Positions 1 to 9,419 of a stretch of DNA of 64,000 nucleotides are shown here, one piece after another. Every line of letters begins with the position of its first letter. Within the stretch, counting starts at the first letter, position 1. Source of the DNA: Candidatus Poribacteria bacterium (lineage in GTDB: Bacteria; Poribacteria; WGA-4E; PCPOR2b). The position numbers and the translations under genes are program-made. The stretch covers positions 4,128,001 through 4,192,000 of the forward strand of contig OZ244587.1 in the NCBI GenBank assembly GCA_965218095.1. The letters are read 5' to 3'. Under the pieces are notes generated by a model that was given only the letters and a program-made list of their open reading frames with translations, was not told where the DNA came from and ran no database searches.

Positions 1-2197
1 CGCAGATTTTTGAAAGATATTCATTAAGTGCCCTTCTTGAGGCAATCTCGGTCGGTTGTCCGTTATGATACCAGGTACAGGTCCCTTGCCAATGGGATGG
101 AAGATTGGAAGATTGGAAGGGCTGACCGGCAAAAAGGAGAGTCAATTGTTCGGATACCTCTCGTTCGACTTCTGCAAGCCGCATCCAAAGTTCACGACGT
201 GCCGTTGCATCGCCGGAAAGTTCGGGTGTGTTTTCCTCAACCCATCGCAAACGTGCGAGTTCAAGGACAGCATCTCGCAAAAAGCCGATTGATTGGGGAA
301 TCGCAATGAGTACCTCTTTTCGAGCCGCGACTGATGCTTCGGTCGCCTTTTCAATTAACTGTTCCGCTTCAAGTTCAGTTGCAGGCAGCGCGTAAAGCAC
401 GAGCCCGTCGCTGTCATCAAACTGCATTTTCAGATCGGTATCAAATCCCTCAACGTCAGTGTATCAGACAGCGAAGTATCGCAACGTGCCGCTCAAAAAG
501 AGGTGCCGACGGGCAATAAGGGATTGTGGTTGCATAAGTGTTGAGAGGGCAGCCGGCAATCGCAGATTCGGGTCGAGGTGTGCCCCCGCCTCACGTAGCC
601 GTGCTTCGATGTCAATGTCACTTCCCTCCCATAGAGCGTAGGCATCGTTGTAGCGGCGATAGATAGCAATCGAACGTTGCTCCAACATCGCCAACGCACG
701 CTCAAATTCGTCAGGGAACGTTTCCGTACCATCATCAAGCGCGTAACGGAGTAAAGACTTTGAGGCTTTCAGATTTCCGCTCACTTCTCCGATAACACCG
801 AGCAGGCCGATGGTTTTAATCAGTTTAACTGTCATCGGAGACGGGTTTGGTAGCCGCTCAATTGCGGACTCGATTTCCGCCCACTTCACCGCGTTGCTTG
901 ATGTATACAGACTTCTGCCTAAAGTGGTGTAGATGTAATCGTACAGGTCGGACAGCGTGAATGTTGGCAGGACGCGCCCATCATAGGTTTGGTTAGCAAG
1001 AAAATCTTGGAGTCCATGCGGTTCGCTGGAGTTGAGTAAGGCGAAAAGAGAGCGTTCGTTTTGAGCAAATCGGCGGAAAAGTGGACTGACAATAAGTGCG
1101 ACCATCGGATGGAGTGGCAAACAGTTTTCGAGAAGTTGAATAAATTCGTTTGTCTCAAGCCGACGCGGTTTCAGTTCTAGGTCAACTGCAACGGAGAGGA
1201 ATGGAAGAGTGGAAGAATGGAAGTCCCCCTCCTTCACTTGTGGTTGCCCATCCGTAGGGGTATCCGTTGTGGGTACCCTTTCAATCGCGTCCCCGACCAA
1301 GCGGAGCACCTGCTCGGTCGGTTCTACAAAGGCAACATCCTCAAAACGCCCCTGCACCTTTGCCCACTCCTCGCGTTGGGATTTTGCCAACCGTTGCGCG
1401 TATTGCTCAAAGGCTTGATGGAGAATTGTCAGCATCAGCAACGGCGTTTGTTCGCTCCTTGCGGCAAATTCGGCGAGGCTCTGTAGAACAAACAGGTCGC
1501 CGTGTGCCGGATTTTGTGAGGCGTATTCGAGAAACTTTCCGAGTTCATCAACCACGAGCAGTAGACCTGCGCCGCCGTTTGAACCGATTTCGTGTGTCGC
1601 GGATTCAAAAAGGTTAGTGATTTCAGAGGCATGGGGAAACACACCGTTCTCCGCGACTTTCAACCGTTTTTTGAGCTCCCCAAGTAGTTGACTTGACGGT
1701 GCTATATCGCGGAAAGCAGTGAGGGAATGCGCCAATCCACGCAGTAAGGCGAGCGTAATCGGTGCACGTTCTCCAGAGATGAGCACGGGACAAAATCCTT
1801 TGCCCGCCTTCTCAGCCAAGACGCTTTTTCTTTCTTCGATTCTTGGATTCATCCAATCCATTCTTCTGAGGGGAATAAATTGATTCCATAAGGATTCGTC
1901 TCCACGTTTTAGCAGATTCAGGGCGCCCTGCGTCGTTGGTGATTCGGAGTCACCGAGCAACTTCGCGGTGAAAAGTGCAAACGCCGATTTCCCCGAACCG
2001 TAGGGACCGGTAAGGGACCATGCCCTTGATGTCCCTCTATTTGTGAGTGCGTCGCTCAGGCGTTGCAAAGTCTCCCGCGCTGTGACCGTTACGACGTACC
2101 CCTCAAGGGCGTTCTCTGTATAAAAATCACGTTCAAGATGAACGGAGCGGCGAAAACGCCCCGTGACCTGAAATAACTCGGAGAGTGCTTTATTCAT
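1..2197 (-). pseudogene. SspC-like P-loop ATPase (partner of DUF4007), interrupted by an in-frame TGA at 464-466; runs off the window edge
   Basis: Walker A GPYGSGKS and Walker B LLVVDE; N-terminal RSVHLERD motif. The same frame stays open past the TGA (YFAV*YTDVEGF...LNEYLSKIC) for 154 more codons to the edge. Lies downstream of the DUF4007 gene. Confidence 0.75.
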
Positions 2198-2308
2198 AAT
2201 ACCTCTGTAAAAGAGAGATCTCTTAAAGGTTTTTACGGCGATAAACTTGCTTCAAGCCAGCGGTTTCATCGTATCTCAAACCATCGTTGGCGGCACGCGG
2301 GACGACAA

Positions 2309-2333
2309 GGGCGCCCACAAGGGATCCCCCAAC
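2309..2333 (-). repeat. GTAG-type REP-like palindrome (variant)
   Basis: Reverse complement GTTGGGGGATCCCTTGTGGGCGCCC resembles the copies at 9372, 10648 and 13236. Confidence 0.6.
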
Positions 2334-2390
2334 ATTGCGTCCTCGTCTAGCTTGAAACCCGATTAAATCTGATGAGGTTCATTTTCGATT

Positions 2391-2596
2391 TCAACGACCG
2401 AAAGCCGACACCCCCTGGTATTCTTCCAGTACAACTTCAAGATAGCCGATTGCCTCCTCGCGGTCAGAAAGTTCTTCCATCCGGTAATCGCGGTATTTTC
2501 TCATTTTTCTCATTTTTGAGACTCCTTGTATTCCCACCAATAGCCTGGACCAAACTGGAGACGGAGTTCAAATACACCGTAATTCCCGTTTTCCAC
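2391..2596 (-). pseudogene. Collapsed remnant of a HigB/RelE-HigA (HI1419/HI1420-type) toxin-antitoxin pair
   Basis: Toxin pieces VENGNYG/VFELRLQFGPGY/WWEYKESQK* overlap (ATGA at 2510-2513) the antitoxin start MRKMRKYRDYRMEELSDREEAIGYLEVVLEEYQ, which then truncates. Confidence 0.6.
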
Positions 2597-2638
2597 TGAG
2601 GGCACGGTTTGACTGTGGGAACATCGGCTTTACGGGTT

Positions 2639-3568
2639 TTATCCGTAATACCTACGAAGTAGTTCCATCGGATCAATCTTTCCGTCTCGGTAAACCTGTT
2701 TCACTCCCGCCGTTTCATCATAACGCAAGCCGCCATCGGTGAGACTTTCGAGTCTGTCGAGATGTTCAACGAGGGTGTCCTCGTCCAACCTAAAGGTTCG
2801 ACCGGGGCTTTTTGGCGAATAAGCGATGTCCCCAAATACGAGCGTGTTTTTCCCTGAAAAGTGGGTATCCCAAAATTCAGACAGGGCAGCGACGAAAATC
2901 TCAGTTGGCAGGGATCCCTTCGGACCGCGATGAAATCGGTAACTGTTTCCGTCGGATGAATCGGAGATCAGGTCCAATTCGACGAGCGGACAATCGAAGG
3001 TATCTTCCATAATCGTCGTCTTTGTCAGGCGAGAGGGGACATACGTGCGGAGAAAGCAATCAACATCACGTTTAATCGAATTTTCTGAGATTCGATTCCG
3101 CGTGGTTTTTTCAGTCCAATCGATCAGTTCAGAGATAAATTTGTCCTTTCTAAACTCATTCTGCCCGAAGATGCCAAACGCCCAAAACCATGTAGTCGCC
3201 CGGTTAGCGTTTGTTGCAAGCTGCCAATGAATGAGCCATAACGTCGCCGCATCCTCAATATACGGGTCGAACCCATCATCGTCGAAAATGATCTCGCCAA
3301 GTCGAGTTGGAATAAGCCGTCCGTGATTGTCGGAAGGGGTTCGATCGACTCGAATGAGTCCCGCAGCCAAGCACCAATGGCGGATGGAACGCACCATGTT
3401 CTTACCCACGCCAAGTACGATGGTCGCCCGGTCACTCGTGAAGACGGTTGGATTTTCTCTAACCGCATCAACCCCCTTCTTCAGCCACGTATAGCGAAAA
3501 GGGAAAGTTTCATGCCCTGAAAAGGAGGGATTGATTTTATCTGGGGACGTTGTGTGTGGTGTTCTCAA
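2639..3568 (-). CDS. DUF4007 family protein (SspB-like nickase)
   Basis: Family motifs FSGHETFPFRYTWLKKG, LGVGKNMVRSIRHW, DPYIED..TLWLIHWQL, DCPLVEL. Confidence 0.85.
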   Translation of the reverse strand: MRTPHTTSPDKINPSFSGHETFPFRYTWLKKGVDAVRENPTVFTSDRATIVLGVGKNMVRSIRHWCLAAGLIRVDRTPSDNHGRLIPTRLGEIIFDDDGFDPYIEDAATLWLIHWQLATNANRATTWFWAFGIFGQNEFRKDKFISELIDWTEKTTRNRISENSIKRDVDCFLRTYVPSRLTKTTIMEDTFDCPLVELDLISDSSDGNSYRFHRGPKGSLPTEIFVAALSEFWDTHFSGKNTLVFGDIAYSPKSPGRTFRLDEDTLVEHLDRLESLTDGGLRYDETAGVKQVYRDGKIDPMELLRRYYG

Positions 3569-3649
3569 CGGTTTCCTTTCAGGTTCAAAAATTGAGTTCT
3601 CTAACCTTCATAATACGAATCTACTCAAGTCTGGGGCTTCTCACCTTCT

Positions 3650-3706
3650 GCCTAACGCCTTGGTTTAGCGGCGGCGCCTTATGCCGCTGCTGACGGATTG
3701 TTAAGG
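3650..3706 (-). other. attC-like site (57 bp)
   Basis: Minus strand CCTTAAC...GCAGCGGC..GCCGCCGC...GTTAGGC is an imperfect palindrome ending in GTTRRRY. Confidence 0.5.
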
Positions 3707-3725
3707 GTTATTCGTAACTTATTAA

Positions 3726-3754
3726 ATTATAGCCCGTATGCGCCCAACTGTCAA
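3726..3754 (-). promoter_or_regulatory. Sigma70 consensus promoter upstream of the DUF4007/ATPase locus
   Basis: TTGACA-N17-TATAAT, exact consensus on the minus strand. Confidence 0.75.
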
Positions 3755-3768
3755 AATCGTCAAATCCG

Positions 3769-5430
3769 CTAGTCGAGGGCTCGAATTGCCCGCTCAATTA
3801 TGGCTTTGAGGCCCTCATCGCCGGCCCGTTCCGCGAGTCTCAATGCAGTTTGGAAATCCCGCTTCGCCTCCCAAGTGCGACCCAGCCCGTACTTCACCAA
3901 GCCCCGATTGTAGTAGGCTTTGGCATAATCGGGTTTGAGACGGATAGCGGTGTCATAGTCTGAGATGGCGGCGGCGTGTTGTCCTAGATTGTCCTTCGCA
4001 TTTCCCCGATTGTTGTAGGCTGCGGCATAATCGGGTTTGAGTCGTATAGCGGTGTCAAAGTCGGCGATGGCGGCGAAGTATTGTCCTAGATTGTCCTTCG
4101 CACCCCCCCGATTGTAGTAGGCATTGACATAATTGGGTTTGAGTCGTATAGCGGTGTCATAGTCTGCGATGGCGGCGACGTGTTGTCCTAAGTCCGCCTT
4201 CGTAATCCCCCGATTGTAGTAGGCATCGGCATCATCAGGTTTGAGTCGTATAGCGGTATCATAGTCAGCGATGGCGGCGAAGTATTGTCCTAAGTCCGCC
4301 TTCGCATTTCCCCGATTGTAGTAGGCATCGGCATCATCGGGTTTGAGTCGGATTGCTGTGTCATAGTCTGATATGGCAGCATCATATTGCTTCAGCTTGC
4401 CCTTCGCCAAGCCCTGATTGATGTAGGCATTGGCATCATCGGGTTTGAGGCGGATAACGGTGTCAAAGTCTGTGATGGCGGCAAAGTGTTGGCCTAATTT
4501 ACCCTTCGCCACACCCCGATTGCCGTAGGCATTGGCATAATCGGGTTTGAGGCGGATAGCGGTGTCAAAGTCGGCGATGGCGGCAAAGTGTTGGCCTAAT
4601 TTACCCTTCGCCACACCCCGATTATAGTAGGCGTTGGCATCATCGGGTTTGAGTCGGATAGCGGTGTCATAGTCGGCGATGGCAGATTGATATAGACCGA
4701 GTTCGTGCTTTGCATTGCCCCACCTGAAGTAGGTCTCGGCAGATATCGATTGTTTCCCTTTCGACAGCGGTTTCGCGGGCCCCAATCGAGCGAGCAGCCC
4801 CTTGAGATCGTTTGAAGGGATGGCAAAATTAAGATTCTGCCCCCCTTCAATCGTCATCACAGAAACGCCTATCACTTTGCCTATACTATTTAGCACAGGG
4901 CCTCCACTGCTCCCTGGAGAAATCGGCGCCGTCATCTGGAGCCGTTTGTTGGTCGAATCCCCTCGAACCCCACTGATAATGCCATCCGAGAATGTGCCCT
5001 CCAAGTATCCCTTCGGATTGCCCGCGACATAAACCGTCTCGCCAATCTCAACCGTGTCGCTGTCGCCGAGGGGAAGCGGCTGGACACCAGAAGCCGACAC
5101 CTGTAAAATCGCCAAATCGTGTTTTTCATCCATCGCGGTGAAGCCTTCAATGGTGTACTCCATTTTCTGACCCACGCGCTTTGCGGTACCTCGTGCTGCA
5201 CCTTCAATCACGTGGAAGTTGGTCGCGATCTGGTTGGTATGCACGAAGAATCCGCTCCCCAACCCAAGCGGCTGGCCGTTGGCATCTTCCATGACCAAGA
5301 GCACCGTAGCGTCTAACGCTTTTTTGGCAATCTGCTGGGGAGTTTGCGCATTTGCCACAGGCATTCCGCAGAGCAGGAGAAGCCTCAACACCATGAAACT
5401 CAGCAATAATTTTCTCTTATGTTCCATCAT
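3769..5430 (-). CDS. Exported trypsin-like serine protease with 9 C-terminal TPR repeats
   Basis: Signal peptide (ANA-Q); triad motifs TNFHV, HDLA, GSSGGP; 34-aa repeats AYYNRG..K..LGQ..AAIAD.DTAIRLKPD. Confidence 0.9.
   Translation of the reverse strand: MMEHKRKLLLSFMVLRLLLLCGMPVANAQTPQQIAKKALDATVLLVMEDANGQPLGLGSGFFVHTNQIATNFHVIEGAARGTAKRVGQKMEYTIEGFTAMDEKHDLAILQVSASGVQPLPLGDSDTVEIGETVYVAGNPKGYLEGTFSDGIISGVRGDSTNKRLQMTAPISPGSSGGPVLNSIGKVIGVSVMTIEGGQNLNFAIPSNDLKGLLARLGPAKPLSKGKQSISAETYFRWGNAKHELGLYQSAIADYDTAIRLKPDDANAYYNRGVAKGKLGQHFAAIADFDTAIRLKPDYANAYGNRGVAKGKLGQHFAAITDFDTVIRLKPDDANAYINQGLAKGKLKQYDAAISDYDTAIRLKPDDADAYYNRGNAKADLGQYFAAIADYDTAIRLKPDDADAYYNRGITKADLGQHVAAIADYDTAIRLKPNYVNAYYNRGGAKDNLGQYFAAIADFDTAIRLKPDYAAAYNNRGNAKDNLGQHAAAISDYDTAIRLKPDYAKAYYNRGLVKYGLGRTWEAKRDFQTALRLAERAGDEGLKAIIERAIRALD
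3830..4740 (-). repeat. 102-bp tandem TPR-coding repeats (9 units)
   Basis: Near-identical DNA units such as gggtttgagtcgtatagcggtgtcatagtc recur every 102 bp. Confidence 0.9.
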
Positions 5431-5613
5431 ATTGTCCTTACTGGATACGAGGCTTTGAGGTCAACCGACGCTATAGGCAAGGGTTCCTTTATTTACCTTG
5501 ACACACCCCTTTCATCTTATCCAGCCCATTGCCTCACGCAGGTGTTCCTTCGCTTCCGCCTTCTTTTACTTTTGAATTGTGGAATCCAGGAGAAATTGGA
5601 CATTCTCCCAGGG

Positions 5614-7998
5614 TCAGGGATTGGGTTTGAGTGTCAGCGTATGGCTCGTTGGGCCGGGCGAGAAGGGTAGAGGTTCTCCTTTCACCCAATAATTGTGCTG
5701 GTCCTTGTAGTTCTCTGATAAAGGGTGACCCGATTGGCCGCAAGGTATATGCAGAATCCCATCCGCATGGCGTCCCGGGGAAATGACCATGCGTTCAGAT
5801 GCACGTGGAGACCGAAGGCAGAGATCGCCTCCTGGAAGGGGATCCTGAGACATGTTCAGTATCCTGCCCAGTACAGGAATAAACCCTAGGGGATGTGAGA
5901 TTCGAGCTGTATGAATACTGCCCCAGGTCAATTGATCTAATGACTTAAAATTGTATTCGCTACGTAGTTGTTCGATGGATTCTTCCAGTTTCGAGAGGAT
6001 AAACACCTCCCAGTCTGGATAATGCGCAGGGTCTGGAAGGATTTCTGCAATCCTTTCTCTTAGCAGCATACGGAGTGGCGCTTCCATATTCCTCCAAGTA
6101 TATGAGAACCTTTCATCAGCTTCCTGACAAAGGGCTAAAAATGGTTCAAATACATCTTCAGCCAGAATTTGCCGGAAACGAACCAGAAGTCCGAAAGCTA
6201 CACTGGCGACCTCCGCTTTACCATTCCAGGCTTCTATGTGTTTATGCGCCTCTAATAAGAGTGGTTCATTTGCAATGACATTGTCGGTCAAAACGGACAG
6301 CGCTAACTGTTGGTAAAATTCATAGAAGTGGCTCGTCGTATCCAACTGGAGTTGGAACATATCCTGTTCTGTAATCTGATCCATTTCACGCAATCGCTCG
6401 CTGATTCGGTAAGCTCGATAGCTATTGGCGAAGTTATGGCCGATTACGTAGGGATAGTCTTTACCAAGCGTCCGATTATTCGCGGTCGCGAGAAAACCCT
6501 CTGGCGGAGCAATTACACGTGGCAATTCAGATGGCGGAATATAACCTTCCCAGCCAATGTGACCATCCGCCCAGGACTTGGTGGAAGATCCATCAAATCC
6601 CTTTCGAATGGGAATTTTCCCACAATATGTCCAAGCAATTCGTCCGGTGTCGTCAGCCACGATTACATTTAGCGGTGGTCCGCCAAAGTGATTCATGATG
6701 ATCAGTGCATCTTCAAGTATCATCGCTTTATCCATATCAAGTAGACCCATCCCAACCGCTTGGGGCTGCAGAGCTGTCCAATGAATGGCGACCGGTTGGC
6801 CCATCAGTGGGGTTTGACTGACAGGGCCCCAGATTGTGAGCTTGATAGGCTGGACAACGTGCTGTCCGCCTTTGATTTGGATCCGCTCGTTGGCGACCTC
6901 AAATCGTCTCCAGCCATTTGGCGTCTTGTATTCATCTGGATTTTCGGGATTAATCTCCAACTGGACCAGGTCAAGGAAATCCCCACCGATATTGGTGAAC
7001 CCCCAGGCAACATGTCCGTTGGATCCGACAATCACAATGGGAATACCCGGCAGGATAAGGCCTGAAATCTCAACGTTTCCATAGCGAAGATACGCCCGAT
7101 ACCACATATTCGGTACAGAAAGGCCTATGTGTATATCGTTGGCCACAATCGCCCGACCATCTGCAGTCTTGGATTGATCAACTGCCCAATTATTTGACCC
7201 CACGACGAGGGGCGTTGCGTGAACCAGTTTTGCTGTGCGTTCTCGGTTCTGCTTTGACACGCGGCGAATCGAAGCAAGCGCCTCGACAGGAATGGGCCGA
7301 ATTGGCCGGTGAGAGTCAGCGCCCCCCAAGAGAACCTGAGTATAGCTATCTGTATCAGGGGTCAGAAAAGCGACAACTTCTGGTGGGAGTGACTTTTCCA
7401 TGATAGTCATCATCCTTTCGTCGTCATCCCTGAAAGATAGTATCTGAAACATATTGAGGGCGACAAGGATGCTATCTTCCACTGTCCAGGGTTCTGGCCG
7501 ATAACCCAAGATGAGAAATTCAAAAGGGGCAGTGTCCATTTGGTGGATAAATGCATTCACCCCATCGGCGTAGGCAACAAAGATTTTTTTCTGTTCATTG
7601 GGGAGATTGGCAACAATCGCCTGGGTCACACGGTTGAATCCGATAACTCTTTGCTGCTTATCGGTTTCTATTGCAATTCTGCCGACGATTTCGGAAAGCC
7701 GCCCGGTGGCTCGGCGGCGCAGTAAATCCATCTGGAAGAGCCGATCGCGGGCGGTCACGTATCCCAACGCCAGCGCGGCATCCCTTCGCGTTTGGGCGAT
7801 AATCGTTGGAATCCCAAAGCGATCCGAAGTAATCGTAACCGGCAGGTCTAACCCCTTAATTTGTCGTTCACCATCACGGATTGGCAGAGAAGCACGAAGC
7901 TTGATGATGCTGAAAATTCCTCCACTTGCCAATACTAACAAAAGGATTAAAGGCAAGTAGAGCATGATTTTAAGAATTCGTTTTCTCTTACGAGTCAT
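5614..7998 (-). CDS. Penicillin acylase / acyl-homoserine-lactone acylase family Ntn hydrolase, N-terminal membrane anchor
   Basis: DRFGIPTI, ARDRLFQMDLLRR, catalytic GSNNW, ANDIH, TANN, GQSGHPLS. Start placed at MTRKRK. Confidence 0.9.
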   Translation of the reverse strand: MTRKRKRILKIMLYLPLILLLVLASGGIFSIIKLRASLPIRDGERQIKGLDLPVTITSDRFGIPTIIAQTRRDAALALGYVTARDRLFQMDLLRRRATGRLSEIVGRIAIETDKQQRVIGFNRVTQAIVANLPNEQKKIFVAYADGVNAFIHQMDTAPFEFLILGYRPEPWTVEDSILVALNMFQILSFRDDDERMMTIMEKSLPPEVVAFLTPDTDSYTQVLLGGADSHRPIRPIPVEALASIRRVSKQNRERTAKLVHATPLVVGSNNWAVDQSKTADGRAIVANDIHIGLSVPNMWYRAYLRYGNVEISGLILPGIPIVIVGSNGHVAWGFTNIGGDFLDLVQLEINPENPDEYKTPNGWRRFEVANERIQIKGGQHVVQPIKLTIWGPVSQTPLMGQPVAIHWTALQPQAVGMGLLDMDKAMILEDALIIMNHFGGPPLNVIVADDTGRIAWTYCGKIPIRKGFDGSSTKSWADGHIGWEGYIPPSELPRVIAPPEGFLATANNRTLGKDYPYVIGHNFANSYRAYRISERLREMDQITEQDMFQLQLDTTSHFYEFYQQLALSVLTDNVIANEPLLLEAHKHIEAWNGKAEVASVAFGLLVRFRQILAEDVFEPFLALCQEADERFSYTWRNMEAPLRMLLRERIAEILPDPAHYPDWEVFILSKLEESIEQLRSEYNFKSLDQLTWGSIHTARISHPLGFIPVLGRILNMSQDPLPGGDLCLRSPRASERMVISPGRHADGILHIPCGQSGHPLSENYKDQHNYWVKGEPLPFSPGPTSHTLTLKPNP

Positions 7999-8034
7999 AA
8001 TGATAGCTCTTTTCTGATGCTTGCTAAAGCGCAC

Positions 8035-8131
8035 TTACTTGCAAATCTCCAACTTGTTGATTTCGTGATCAGTTTTTTCGGGGCGACTCATTCACCAATG
8101 CTTCACGCTGGCAGTATTTTCCAAAATTCAT
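8035..8131 (-). pseudogene. Collapsed remnant of a ninth substrate-binding protein copy
   Basis: RBS GGAGG + ATG AAT TTT GGA AAA (MNFGK, cf. MNFGR of the copy starting at 17140) and a 3' end aagttggagatttgcaagtaa resembling KFEIFE*. Confidence 0.45.
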
Positions 8132-8155
8132 GCCCCTCCTTCGAGGTTAAGAGGA

Positions 8156-9322
8156 TTACTCGAAGATTTCAAATTTGCCGTTCTCGACAATCAGTACAAT
8201 CGGGTCGTAACCCGCGTCCCCAACGGCGTTAAAAGAGAACTTGCCCAGAACGGTGTCAAAATCTCTGATATTTGCTAACGCGTCCCGAATTGCGGTTGCA
8301 TCAGTGGATTGGGCATTCGCAATCGCTTCCGCCAGAATATAGAGAGTGGCATACGAATGCGCCGCCCAGGTGTTCGGTTCGATACCGTATGTCGCTCGGT
8401 AATTCTGGACGAAGGCTTGATTCCCTGGTGTAGAGGCGGTGCTAATCCAACTCGTAAAAGTAATCGCACCATCGGCGGCGGCACCCGCGGCTTGCACCTC
8501 GTCTCTGGTCAGATCGAGAACAATAAAGGGAACAGAGGTGGGGATACCGCGTTGGCGACCTTGAATCAGAATTTCAGTCATCTCTAGTGATAAAGCTGAG
8601 ATAAAGATAGCGTCAGGATTCAACGCCTTTATCCGAGTTAATTGGGCGGAAAAGTCGGTATCGCCGCTTTGGAAGGTCTCTGTGGTCAGCACCTCGACAC
8701 CGTTAGCAGTGAGGGCTTCCCTCAACACCTCGTCGCTATCCGTGGAGAATACATCGATTTCATCATATATCGTAGCCACCCTCTGGTAGCCGAGCTTCAC
8801 ATGAGTCGCCTTGATGCCGTTAGGAATCAGCACATCTGTGGTGAGACTGACGCGGAAGATAAAATCGCCAATCGCGCTCAAACCAGAGGCGGATGAGGTG
8901 GAGCTAAAAGCCACGACTTGGTTTTCTTGCGCGATGGGAAAAACCTCTTTGGCCTGAGTTGAGAGACCGGGACCTAAGATAGCGGGCACGTCATCTTGAC
9001 GAATCAGTTTATTGAAGGCTTCAACGGCGCCCTCTACGGTGCTCCGATCGTCCTCGGTGATGAACTTAATTCTTACATTGCCGAGTTGTGAGTTGTTAAT
9101 CTCGTTGAGAGCCAGGTCAAAGCCACGTTGCGTTGGTAGGTGGCCATAGGCGGAGACGAATCGCCCTGTCAGAGGTAAGACGACGCCGATGGGAATCTCT
9201 CCACTGAGCCCTTCCATCTGAGGCGTCGCGGGTTGCTGGTTCTGATCACAAGCGGAAAGTCCCACAATCAGCGCCGCAATCGCCAATACAAACGCGAATC
9301 TGGTGGGCCGTCTGATATTCAC
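8156..9322 (-). CDS. LivJ/LivK-like ABC substrate-binding lipoprotein, copy 8 of array (last transcribed)
   Basis: Lipobox LSAC, EIPIGVVLPLTG, EDDRS, GDFIFR, DTDFSAQL; GTG start after AGGAG. Confidence 0.9.
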   Translation of the reverse strand: MNIRRPTRFAFVLAIAALIVGLSACDQNQQPATPQMEGLSGEIPIGVVLPLTGRFVSAYGHLPTQRGFDLALNEINNSQLGNVRIKFITEDDRSTVEGAVEAFNKLIRQDDVPAILGPGLSTQAKEVFPIAQENQVVAFSSTSSASGLSAIGDFIFRVSLTTDVLIPNGIKATHVKLGYQRVATIYDEIDVFSTDSDEVLREALTANGVEVLTTETFQSGDTDFSAQLTRIKALNPDAIFISALSLEMTEILIQGRQRGIPTSVPFIVLDLTRDEVQAAGAAADGAITFTSWISTASTPGNQAFVQNYRATYGIEPNTWAAHSYATLYILAEAIANAQSTDATAIRDALANIRDFDTVLGKFSFNAVGDAGYDPIVLIVENGKFEIFE

Positions 9323-9371
9323 ATTGAATCTCCTTCTTTTCAAATTAAAAAAACGGCGTACTGCCCTAAGA

Positions 9372-9396
9372 GGGCACCCACAAGGGGTGCCCCTAC
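9372..9396 (-). repeat. GTAG-type REP palindrome
   Basis: GTAGGGGCACCCCTTGTGGGTGCCC on the minus strand. Confidence 0.75.
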
Positions 9397-9419
9397 AAAC
9401 CCTTCTGGCGTTTAGAGGC

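Noticed and set aside
464-466. Selenocysteine read-through of the TGA
   Set aside because: Context suggests Arg (CGA) in a non-redox ATPase; no SECIS recognised.
3830-4740. TPR DNA repeats as a CRISPR array or DGR template/variable repeats
   Set aside because: In-frame 102-bp coding repeats; no reverse transcriptase in the window and no evident adenine-specific pattern.
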